A stretch of DNA of 64,000 bases from contig CAVWFS010000007.1 of assembly GCA_963754315.1 (NCBI GenBank), forward strand, positions 352,001 through 416,000, read 5' to 3'. The stretch is from an uncultured Candidatus Rokubacteria bacterium (GTDB taxonomy: Bacteria; Methylomirabilota; Methylomirabilia; Rokubacteriales; CSP1-6). The position numbers and the translations under genes are program-made. This document shows, piece by piece, positions 1 to 8,833 of the stretch. Each line of letters begins with the position of its first letter. Positions within the stretch are counted from its first letter, which is position 1. Below the pieces are notes generated by a model that made no database searches, was not told the DNA's origin, and was given only the letters and a program-made list of their open reading frames with translations.

Positions 1-2283
1 ACCGCCTGCTCGTAGTCCGGCGCCGGGTTGAGCCAGCTCGCATGAACCTTCGCTTCCCGAACGGCCTTGAACATGAACTGCTGGAGGCGCTTGACGAACT
101 CGCCGAGCGACGTCGCGGAGAGCGGCTCCAGAGGCCAGACGCCCACCAGGGTCTGGTAGAGCAGGTACTCCTCGTTGGCATCCGGCACCGGCTGGCCGTC
201 GAGCGTCGCCTTCTTTCCGCGATTGATCCGGCGCCAGGCGTGGACCCGGCGTCGCCATTCGCGTGGAAGCTCGGACAAGACGTTGATGCGAGTCCGCACG
301 TCCTCGCTCCGCTTCGTATCATGCGTCGACGTGGTCAACAGCGCGGTGGGCCACCGGGCCTGACGCTCGAGGTTCAGACGATGAAACTCGTTGACGGCAA
401 TCCCGAATCGATCAGGAGCCCCGCCCACCTCGTTGAGGGAGGTGAGACGGTGATAGCGGTAGAAGGCGGTGTCTTCCAGTCCTTTGGCCGTGATGGGGCC
501 TGTCAACTGCTGAAACTTCCCCACGAAGGTCAGGTGCGCTTGCAGATCCGCTTCGCTGCGCGCGCCCGGGGCGCGCAGGCAGAGCAGGTCAGCGATGAAC
601 GCGAAGATGGAGCCGCTCATGGCGGGGTTGCGCCGCCGAGCGAGTCCTACCGCCAGACCCACGTGCCACCGGTCCTGGTCGGTCACGCCGCTCGCGTCGA
701 TGTAGGTCCGGTAGACGGGGAAGCTCGCGATGATTTCCCGCAGGGCCGTGGTCAGGCTGCGCGTGGTGAAGTCGCGTGATGCCCGGTGCTTCTCGGAGAT
801 GCGCGCCAGCCGTCGGCCCAGGACCGCGATCTCGCCGGCCATCGAGGTATCGATGATGAGCTGCTTGGCGTCGTACACCACCTCGCGAAAATTCGGACGG
901 GCGGCGATGAACCGCTCGTACGTGTCGCTCAGCGCGCGCTCGGCGGCACGGTGCACGAAGAGCCCGTTCACGGCGTTCAGGAAGTCGTAGCCCGTGGTGC
1001 CGGCGACCGGCCACCGCTCGGACAACTGCTCGTCGGGCATGAGGATCTTCTCGACCACGATGTAGAACGGACGAGCCCGGTCGGCTCCCGGCTCGGCGGC
1101 GCGGCGGTCGAAGTCGTCGAGGGACTGCTGCCGCCACCGACCTTGCTCGTCTTCTCCAGCGCCCTCGAGGGCGGCCGTTGCCTCCGCCTGCGCCAGGAAG
1201 CACCGCCGCTGGAGCTGACGCAGGTAGTCGGCGGGAGCCACGAGCCCGTCGGGATGGTCGATGCGAAGACCACTGACGGCGCCCTCCCGTACAAGGCGAA
1301 GGATGAGGCGGTGCGCTTCCTCGAACACGGCCGGTTCCTCCATTCGGATGGCGGCCAGGGAGTTGATGTCAAAGAAGCGCCGATAGTTGACCTCGTCCGT
1401 CGCCACTTGCCAGAAGGCGAGCCGGTAGGCTTGCATGCCGAGCAAGGCATCGAGACCGTCGAAGGTCGCCGGCTGACCCTTCACGCCGTTGAAGCGGGCG
1501 ACCGTTTCGTCGACGAGAGCGCCCACATCACGCGCTTCGGCCAGCAGGCTGGCCAGGCGGCGCTTGATGACCACGGATTCCCGGGCACGCTCGGCGCGGC
1601 GCTCCGCATCCGGATCCGTCCGGGCCGGCAAGTGGGTGAGCGCGGTGATGATGCTGTGCAGCTCCACCAGACGCGGATCGTCCTTGCCCAGCTTCGTTTC
1701 CAGCTCCTCCCGCCTGGCGTCGAGAATCTGGATGTAGGTCTCCGGAGCGAGCGGCAGCACGGTGTCGTAGTAGCGAACGATGAACTCACCGCCGCGGTAC
1801 TCGAGGGTCAGCTCTTGGTTCTCGAGGACCACGCCGTACTGATCGCCGAGGATCGGCAGGAGAACCTTGCCGCGCAGGCCCGGCTCGGGGGGCTCCCAGT
1901 CGATGTCGAAGTAGCCACTGTACGGCGAGGCGGGGCCATGCTCCAGGATATCCATCCACCAGGCATTCCGGCTGCCAGAGATTCCCATGTGGTTCGGAAC
2001 CACGTCGAGGAGCTGCCCCATGCCACGCTCCCGGAGGGCGGATGTGAGAGCCTGATAGTCGGCCTCGGAGCCAAGGGCAGGGTTGAAGCCGGTTGTGGTC
2101 GGCGATGTCGTAGCCGTGGGAGTCGTCCAGGCTCGTCATCAAAAATGGCGATAAATAACAGTCGCTTACCCCAAGATCGTGAAGATAAGGGACGAGCTCA
2201 CGGACCTCGGCGAATCCGAACCCGCGCGCGAGCTGGAGTCGATAGGTGGCCTGCGGAATACGGGCCGAGACCTCAGGGGGCAG
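1..2283 (-). CDS. treY: malto-oligosyltrehalose synthase (GH13); runs off the left edge, one frameshift near 2088, start approximate
   Basis: Manual translation gives IPQATYRLQL, SHGYDIADH, LDVVPNHMG, NYRRFFDIN, GLRIDHPDGL, AKGLEDTAFYRY and TSTHDTKRSED, all typical of TreY. Confidence 0.92.
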
Positions 2284-2287
2284 GCGG

Positions 2288-2791
2288 CTAGCCCCCGTAG
2301 AAGACCTTCTCGCCGAGGTCCTTGAGCCAGAGCGTGGCATCATCGGCCCGGCCGGCCGGTTCCGCGGCCACGGAGGCATCGACGACCTTGCCGACGAAAA
2401 TGGCGTGATCACCCTCCTCCACCGTCGACACCAGCTCGCACTCGATGGCGGCCGGCGCGCTCAGCAATATGGGTGCGCCCGTCTTGCCCGCGCGGACGAG
2501 TTCGCCGCCGATCCGGTCGCCCTCACGGTGGGCTGGCTTGAAGAACGCGTAGGCGAGAGCGCTCTGTCCCTTGCCGAGAATGCTGAGCGCGAAGGACTTG
2601 GTCTCCTTGATCAGGCTGTGAGGCGACGAGCCGACCTTCACGCCCACCACCACCAGCGGTGGTTCGAACGAGGCCTGGGTGACCCAGTTGACGGTGGCGG
2701 CCGCCACGCGGCCATCGCTCGTCTCGGCAGTGAGCACGTACAGGCCATACGGGATCATGCGGAGCGCGGTCTTCTTGGCATTCGCATCCAT
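2288..2791 (-). CDS. flavin reductase family protein
   Basis: IPYGLYVLT, VTQASFEPPLV and GDHAIFVGKV motifs. Confidence 0.9.
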   Translation of the reverse strand: MDANAKKTALRMIPYGLYVLTAETSDGRVAAATVNWVTQASFEPPLVVVGVKVGSSPHSLIKETKSFALSILGKGQSALAYAFFKPAHREGDRIGGELVRAGKTGAPILLSAPAAIECELVSTVEEGDHAIFVGKVVDASVAAEPAGRADDATLWLKDLGEKVFYGG

Positions 2792-3186
2792 GGATCGTTC
2801 AATCCTCCAGCGCTGAACGTCCGAACTTTTTCGTTCCGTGCCCGGTGGCGGGCGGCCTAATCGCCTCCGATGATTTTACGACAAAACCTGCCGTGGGCCG
2901 ACCTGCCGCTCGTGAGCGAGGGAATGTGGCCTCGTGTTCCTCAGCTGAGGAACACGCCTCCAATTGAAGACCCCGCCGCCGAACCGCCTGAATCGGCCGC
3001 TCCGCCCGAGGAAACACCCACCTTAGGCTCAGCCGACGGATGAGAATGGCGACTTGATCGAGGATGAGGATCGAGTCCCAACTGCCTCGACCATCAGGCC
3101 AGTTTTCCACCTGGCGATACGGTCCGGTCTTTCGCGGGCTCGCCTAGGTGGATGTCCTCGGCTCTGACGTGGGGAAGCACGAACGA

Positions 3187-3218
3187 GGCCCGGGGGCAGG
3201 GCTGTCCGCCCCCGGGCC
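3187..3218 (-). terminator. GC-rich hairpin, possible terminator
   Basis: 11-bp perfect stem GGCCCGGGGGC/GCCCCCGGGCC just downstream of the 3231 stop; U-tract is weak. Confidence 0.5.
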
Positions 3219-3230
3219 GGTGTTACGCGG

Positions 3231-4230
3231 TTACGGGCAGACCGCGCCCTTGACGGGGAAGTACAGGTCCCCGTTACTGATGCGCCCGAAGCACGTCTCG
3301 CCAGCGGCGATGTCACCGCCGATGTCGACCGTGGTCTCCACCGTGAGGTTGTCAGTGCCTTCCAGACAGCTGAAGTCCGCGTTCCTCAGGTCGAGCGCTA
3401 TGGTGAAGGTGTCGGCCGTCTTCTGCACAATGCGGATGAAGGTTTGCACGTTCGCGCCGGTGACGCCGTCCGTCACCTGGCCGGTGAATTGCTGCACCTT
3501 TCCACCCTGGAACTTCTTGAAGGAGTCCGGCGGGATCGTCAAGCTCGAGAAGGTGCCGCCGCACTGCGTCGCCTCCAACAGCTCGATGACGACCTGCTCA
3601 GTCGCCGGGTCGATCGCGGTGGCGGGCGTGAACTGGCCGACCCAGACGAGCCGGTCGTCCGTCACGCTTGGAGTCTTGAACTCGAACCTAGCGGTCATGA
3701 TCGGCGTCAACCCAACCGGGGGTTCGTCAGCAACGATGACGGCGATTGTCTTGTTGATCAGGAAGGGGCTGGGCCCACCATCTTGAAGCAGCCCGGCGCC
3801 GAACACTCCAGCGAATGCGATTCCGTCGATGTCCGGCATCGCACACGGGAACGGACCGAAGGTGTCGATGGTGTCGTCGGGCGGAATAATGACGTTGGTC
3901 AGGAGATTCGTGGATGCCCCGTTGGGTGCCCCTGTGGGACCGGGGCAAAAGAAATCGGCGGTCGCGACTACGACTTGACAGCCTATCTGGGTCGGGGCCG
4001 GGTCGGGAGGGGGGGGATTCTGCGATTGATTCTGGATCGTCACAGTAAAGTTGACGATCTCGCCCGGCGAAGCGAAGAGTTTGTCTCTGGAGATATTGGT
4101 TTGGAGGAGGTTGGCATTGCAGTTTGCCGGCATCCTGTGCGCTGGCCGCCGCTGGTAGCAGCAGCGCCAGGGCGATCGTCACCGCAAGCGCGGTCACGAT
4201 GGTCCGAGTCAAGGTACACATTCTCGTCAT
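3231..4230 (-). CDS. secreted Cys-rich hypothetical protein, possible Ig-like/DUF11-like N-domain; frameshift near 4135
   Basis: Signal peptide (…ALAVTIALALLLPAAASAQ) is in ORF 3727..4230. The mature part (ASPGEIVNFTVTIQN…, 8 Cys) is in ORF 3231..4133. Confidence 0.65.
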
Positions 4231-4444
4231 TCTCGTTCTCCTGTTCGGCGCGCGTTGATGGTGCCCCCTCTTCCACGGTCCAACACCGCGAGAGGAGTCA
4301 CTCGTTTCGCGAAATCAAACCTCGACGCCTGGTTGCCTCGATTCACTTCACGGAGATTCTCCCTCCCTTCTCGGGGCCCGTATCCTTGGAGGCGCACATC
4401 ATCGACCTGCCTCCTCTGTCCACCCCTGCGCCTTCGAGGGTTTG

Positions 4445-4517
4445 CCGCCGTCAGAGCCACGACGATCCCGACCCTACCAGGCTCGCGTTTCGGGACGATG
4501 ACGGGTACGTCACATCT
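4445..4517 (-). ncRNA. candidate structured cis-regulatory RNA, copy 1
   Basis: 71/73 nt identical to 47885..47957; intergenic; nested stems plus a pseudoknot pairing; lies 5' of the secreted-protein gene. Confidence 0.6.
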
Positions 4518-4836
4518 ACGCGCAACACGTAGGATCGCTAACCGATCCGCGAGCGTGGCTAAGCCTTCGCGATTGACTCTCGCCCCCCGCCCTCCGCAGA
4601 GTCGACCACCGAGTACGCAGCGAAGTGAATGCAGTCTTAGTGAAGTGGCCGCGGCTGTCTATTGCCCTGAAGGGCATGTCCCTTCGAGGCAGGCGAACTA
4701 CCTATTGAAGGAGGAGACCGCCCCTATGCTCACGGCTCCCGCCCCGGAGAAGTTGCGCTCACAGTCGCTGGCATGGCCCACGCCCCGACCGAGCAAGAAC
4801 AGCAGGCGGCATGCTCCTCCGATTCCACGACAGTGG

Positions 4837-5604
4837 TCATTTCGCAGAAGACAGGAGACGCTCGATGGCGTCCTTGAATGCCTGGTACGGCTGAGCCCCC
4901 GAAATCTTCAGCCCTGTGATCTGGGAACTGTCGGGGCTCGTCAGACCCACGACGAACGTGGGAGTGCCAGTAATCTGAAGCCGTTGCGCCTCGGCCAGGT
5001 CCTTGCGGATCCTGGTCACTGACGTTTCCTTATCCAGGCACTGATCGAAGGCCGCCACGTCCAACCCGAGTGCCTGGGCATGCTTCGATAGGTCCGGCCG
5101 AGCGAGTTGTCGTTGATTCGCAAAGAGGACGCCGTGCATCTCCCAGTATTTTCCCTGGTCGCCCGCGCAGTGAGTCGCCTCGGCTGCCTTCATGGCCAGC
5201 GGGTGAATGGATGCGAGCGGAAGGTCGCGGATGACGTACTTGACCTTGCCGGTCTGGATGTACTCTCGGTCCAACTGTGGGTACGTCTCACGGACGTAGC
5301 GGGCGCAGAAGGGTCACTGATAGTCAGTGAATTCCACCAATGTCACCTTGGCGTTGTTCTGCCCTTTGAAGGGCGCCCCGTCCACGTTGACGACGGCCTC
5401 CCTCGGTGGGGCAGCCGCGCTCGGTCTACCTTGCTGGAGGAGGCCTTTGATCTCCTGCAGTTCCTTGTAGATCGCCCCCTGCCCTTCCTTGAGCGCATCG
5501 ACATCCTTCTTCAGGGTCTTGAGATCGTCGGTGGTTTGAGCCAGGCCCAATGGCGTCCACAGTGTGATGACGGTCAGGGCCGCGAACACTAGAAGTTTTC
5601 GCAT
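4837..5604 (-). CDS. DsbA-family thiol-disulfide oxidoreductase, predicted selenoprotein (UGA at 5314-5316)
   Basis: ORFs 5314..5604 and 4837..5274 are in one frame, separated only by TGA, giving VEFTDYQ-U-PFC. Also signal peptide, coiled coil, ITGTPTF cis-Pro loop and GAQPY. Confidence 0.88.
5282..5298 (-). promoter_or_regulatory. bacterial SECIS-like hairpin
   Basis: UACGUC-CGUGA-GACGUA: 6-bp stem, loop starts 21 nt after the UGA, G at loop position 2. Confidence 0.7.
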
Positions 5605-5619
5605 CAGATGCTCCTTTTG

Positions 5620-6504
5620 TCAGGGTCGTGGACTCAGCGAGCCTGTCGGCTCATGCCTACGAGCGCGTGTTGTCGAACTCTCCCGACTGCCTGGCGCCAC
5701 TCCCGCGCCTTTAGAAGGGCCCGGGCGAGAACGGCCGGCTGACCATCGCGGTTCCGTGGCGCGGCGGCTAAGGAGAAGGGCGAGCTGGAGGCGGTCCGAG
5801 ACTCCAAAGTTGCGAAACGCCTCCGTCAGGTGCGCCTTGACCGTTCTCTCGGAGATGTTTAGCCGCTTCGCGATGTCCTTGTTGCACGCTCCTCGAGTGA
5901 TCAAGTCAGCGACGAGGCGTTGCTGGGTCGTTAGGCCTTCCAGCCTTGGGTTCGCATTGGCGTCTTTCTGGCTGCGCTCGGTCAGGGATACGAGTTCGGC
6001 GACCAGACTGGGGATGAGCTCGCGCTGCACCCACATCCCGCCCTTGTGGAGGACCTGAGCGACCTTCTTGAGCTGGAGGCCATCAATGGCCCGCGAGCAG
6101 TACCCCTTGGCCCCCACCTTAAACGCCGCTATCGCTTCAGCCTCGGTGGGGGCATCGCTGAGGACCAGAGTCCGCGTCGAAGGGCTCAATCGCTGGATGT
6201 AGGGCACGCCCCGAACCCGTCCGAGGTGGGGAAGCGTCAAATCCAGCACCAAGATATGGGGCCTGAGGTTCACCACGACCTGCTCCAGCGCTTTCCGCTC
6301 GGCCACCTCGCAGATGGCAAATGTTTCCTGAAGCTTGTGACCCCACCGCTTACGGTTCTCGATAACCGGACTGGCGATCACCAAAGAACTCTTCCCCGCA
6401 GGTTCCCCAGGTAGCGCCGTGGCCCGGTACTGCGCAGGGCTGAGCCAGGGGTGCGCCCTGGTCTTACCGGAGGATCTAGAAGCCATCGCCGGTCGATCCA
6501 ACAT
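5620..6504 (-). CDS. NarL/LuxR-family response regulator; start uncertain
   Basis: Receiver-like LVLDLTLP and GAKGY; LuxR HTH LTTQQ…NKDIAKRLNISERTVKAHL. Confidence 0.85.
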   Translation of the reverse strand: MLDRPAMASRSSGKTRAHPWLSPAQYRATALPGEPAGKSSLVIASPVIENRKRWGHKLQETFAICEVAERKALEQVVVNLRPHILVLDLTLPHLGRVRGVPYIQRLSPSTRTLVLSDAPTEAEAIAAFKVGAKGYCSRAIDGLQLKKVAQVLHKGGMWVQRELIPSLVAELVSLTERSQKDANANPRLEGLTTQQRLVADLITRGACNKDIAKRLNISERTVKAHLTEAFRNFGVSDRLQLALLLSRRATEPRWSAGRSRPGPSKGAGVAPGSRESSTTRARRHEPTGSLSPRP

Positions 6505-6557
6505 AACAGAAAAATTCGACCGAAAAAGTACCTCGTCTGTCACGTTTACGGGCGTAT

Positions 6558-6728
6558 ATGAAATTCGAGGAGGCACTCGGCCTCGGCTACGTCGGCCTCA
6601 CCGAGCCCCTGGAGCTCGCCCACGCCGGCTTCCCCGTCACCGGCTTCGATTTCGACCGGCTGCCCGCCGAGCAAACTCGCACGCCTGTGCTATGTGGCCG
6701 GCCTCCCCCACCAGGATCAGCCGCGTGA
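6558..6728 (+). pseudogene. N-terminal fragment of a nucleotide-sugar (UDP-glucose/GDP-mannose) dehydrogenase
   Basis: 56-aa ORF not in the track: LGLGYVGLTEPLELAHAGFPVTGFDFD (Rossmann motif); similarity is lost after this. Confidence 0.6.
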
Positions 6729-7050
6729 GCCTGGCCGCCCTGCGCGGTAAACTCCTCGACGTCGACATCGCCGACGCCGCCCGCGACGCCATGAACACCC
6801 CGCTCAGCCCCGACGAGACCTACTCCGTCATCACCCGCGTGTCGAGGCGTCTGTCTGCGTAGTCGCCATGCCTCATCACCACCGGGAGGGGAAGGCGAGC
6901 AGGGAGCCCCTGCGGCCCCGGCCACCGCCCCCGACTGGTTCAAGGATCACGACGCGACTCAGGGCAAGGAGGGAACCAGCGATGACGTCCCCTTCGGGAC
7001 TGTTCCGGCGTGTCGTTGACGACGCCGCTCGTTGTCGACGGGTAGGTCGG

Positions 7051-7080
7051 TGGACACGGGCATATAAGTGCACCTATACT
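7051..7080 (+). promoter_or_regulatory. sigma70-like promoter for a probably leaderless XRE transcript
   Basis: TGGACA-N18-TATACT, 7 nt before ATG 7088; no Shine-Dalgarno. Confidence 0.5.
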
Positions 7081-7087
7081 CTTCGGA

Positions 7088-7285
7088 ATGGCGACGTTGG
7101 CGCGGACGGTGAAGCGGGCCCGGCAGGCGCGGGGGCTCACGCAGACCCAGCTCGCGCAGGCGGCGCAGGTGTCGCAGGCGTTCATTAGCCAGCTCGAGGC
7201 CGGCGAGATCGGCGTGTTGACGTTACCGACGGCGCTCCGGCTGGCGAAGGTGCTCAAGATCGACGTGGCGAAACTGGCCGAGTAG
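7088..7285 (+). CDS. XRE/Cro-family helix-turn-helix protein
   Basis: RQARGLTQTQLAQAAQVSQAFISQLEAG. Confidence 0.88.
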   Translation: MATLARTVKRARQARGLTQTQLAQAAQVSQAFISQLEAGEIGVLTLPTALRLAKVLKIDVAKLAE

Positions 7286-7323
7286 AGATAGCAACGCCCC
7301 GGGCCGGCCAGCCCAGGGGCGCC

Positions 7324-8136
7324 GTGAAGAAAGGAACAATGATGACAAGGGACAGTCTCTCACCCAGACCGGGTGCGAGCGGGGCAGAGAACCAAAAGGT
7401 TACAAGTGTAACCTCTTCTCCCTTGCCCCCCATGACCACGCGGGATCTCAAGCGCTATTCGCCGATCACCCCGGACGAGCGGACGCGCGTGGAGGCCGCT
7501 ATCACCCGGCTCGATCCGGACACGATGACACCCGAGCGCTGGCAACGCCTCGCTGATGCGCTGCGCAAGCCGCTCGAACGGGTGGACCGCGCTGCCATGG
7601 CCGGCTACCTCGAGATCGGCCGGTGGCTCGTGCGCGTGAAGGCGAAGGCCCGGCACGGGAGCTGGACGTGCTTGTTTCCCGGCAGCCGCAATGCGATCGA
7701 GTCGCCGCTCCCGCTCAGCGTGAAGAAGGCGAAAGCCCTCATGCGGTTCGCGGAGAACCCCGTCACCAGCAACCCGAAGAACTGGAACCGCCTGCCCACG
7801 GGAAGCTGGCGGACGATGGACGAGCTCACGCGACTCGGCCAGACCCTGAACCTGCAGGCGTTGATCAACCGAGGTGCTATCCATCCCCGAACCTCGATCC
7901 GCGAGGTCCTCGCGCTGAGCCGAGGTGAAGTTCCCTTGGTGGCCACCACCACTGCGAAAGATCGCGTGACCTCCACGCATGGCGTGGAGGTCGACCTGGA
8001 GGTCGACCCGCTTTACGACCTCGAACGCGCCCATCACTTCTACGCGGGTTCGAGGCCTGCGCTGATCGCCTGGCATCGCGAGAAGCTCGCCGGGCTGGAG
8101 ATGCCGGACGAGGACAACAAGGGGCGCGCCCGATGA
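7324..8136 (+). CDS. phage-like hypothetical protein, DUF3102-like
   Basis: YLEIGRWLVRVKAKARHGSW resembles the DUF3102 core; lies between XRE and recombinase, overlapping the latter (ATGA). Confidence 0.55.
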   Translation: MKKGTMMTRDSLSPRPGASGAENQKVTSVTSSPLPPMTTRDLKRYSPITPDERTRVEAAITRLDPDTMTPERWQRLADALRKPLERVDRAAMAGYLEIGRWLVRVKAKARHGSWTCLFPGSRNAIESPLPLSVKKAKALMRFAENPVTSNPKNWNRLPTGSWRTMDELTRLGQTLNLQALINRGAIHPRTSIREVLALSRGEVPLVATTTAKDRVTSTHGVEVDLEVDPLYDLERAHHFYAGSRPALIAWHREKLAGLEMPDEDNKGRAR

Positions 8137-8824
8137 TCGGCGCCGCCATCTACGCCAGGAAGTCGACCGAGCAGAACGTCTCCGACGACGAGAAGTCGAT
8201 CACGCGCCAGGTCGAACGCGCCCGCGCCTATGCCGCGCGCAAGGGCTGGACCGTCGCCGAGGAGCACGTCTTCTCCGACGACGGGATCTCCGGCGGCGAG
8301 TTCGTCAAGCGGCCGGGACTGGTGCGCCTCACCGGGTCTGGTGCGCCTCACCGGGTCTGGTGCGCCTCATCAGTCGCCTTACGCCGCGGGCGCCTTTCGG
8401 CGTGGTCATCATGGCCGAAGAGTCCCGGCTCGGCCGCGGCGTCATCCAGACGGGCTGGGTGCTCAAGCAGATCATGGACGCCGGCGTGCGGATGTTCTTC
8501 TACGTGGAGGATCGTCGCTGGTCGACATGGCCGATACGTGGGCGGACGTGGCCGTGGCTGACCGACTGGCACGGGGCGCTGACCCGCCACCTCCTGCAGG
8601 CCCGGCCGATCCTCAAGAAGTTCCTGGAAGGGCGGCTCATCTTCGACCCCTTCGAGGACGCCGCGGCGGGGGTCCGGGGCTACGAGATTTGGGGGCAGGC
8701 CAGCTACGGCCGGCTGCTGGCCGAGATCGTCGCGGTCCCCAACCTGTCTAGTCAGATCGGGGCGGGTCTGGGTCAGTCCGGACGTTCCGAGGATGTGCCC
8801 GCTGTCGTGGAAGTGCCCGTGTGA
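8133..8824 (+). pseudogene. large serine recombinase, frameshifted and internally deleted
   Basis: AAIYARKST catalytic Ser, DDGISG, EESRLGR. Frameshifted by a tandem repeat. The catalytic domain appears joined directly to a C-terminal segment (QARPILKKFLEGRL). Confidence 0.8.
8313..8369 (+). repeat. 3 x 19-bp tandem repeat CCGGG(A/T)CTGGTGCGCCTCA
   Basis: Units at 8313-8331, 8332-8350 and 8351-8369; one mismatch. Confidence 0.97.
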
Positions 8825-8833
8825 ATACGACAC

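Larger units (their letters stand above)
7051..8824 (+). mobile_element. decayed integrative element or prophage remnant; ends undefined
   Basis: XRE + DUF3102-like + serine recombinase module on the opposite strand to flanking genes. Confidence 0.6.

Noticed and set aside
42..2291. Long plus-strand ORFs 42..779 and 786..2291, and similar antisense ORFs throughout
   Set aside because: Shadow frames of real genes on the opposite strand in high-GC DNA; no recognisable motifs.
4388..4399. 12-mer GGAGGCGCACAT, also found inverted at the phoX RBS/start
   Set aside because: Short, opposite orientation and GC-rich; plausibly chance.
8313..8369. Possible CRISPR-like repeat
   Set aside because: Units are directly adjacent with no spacers, and no cas genes are in the window.
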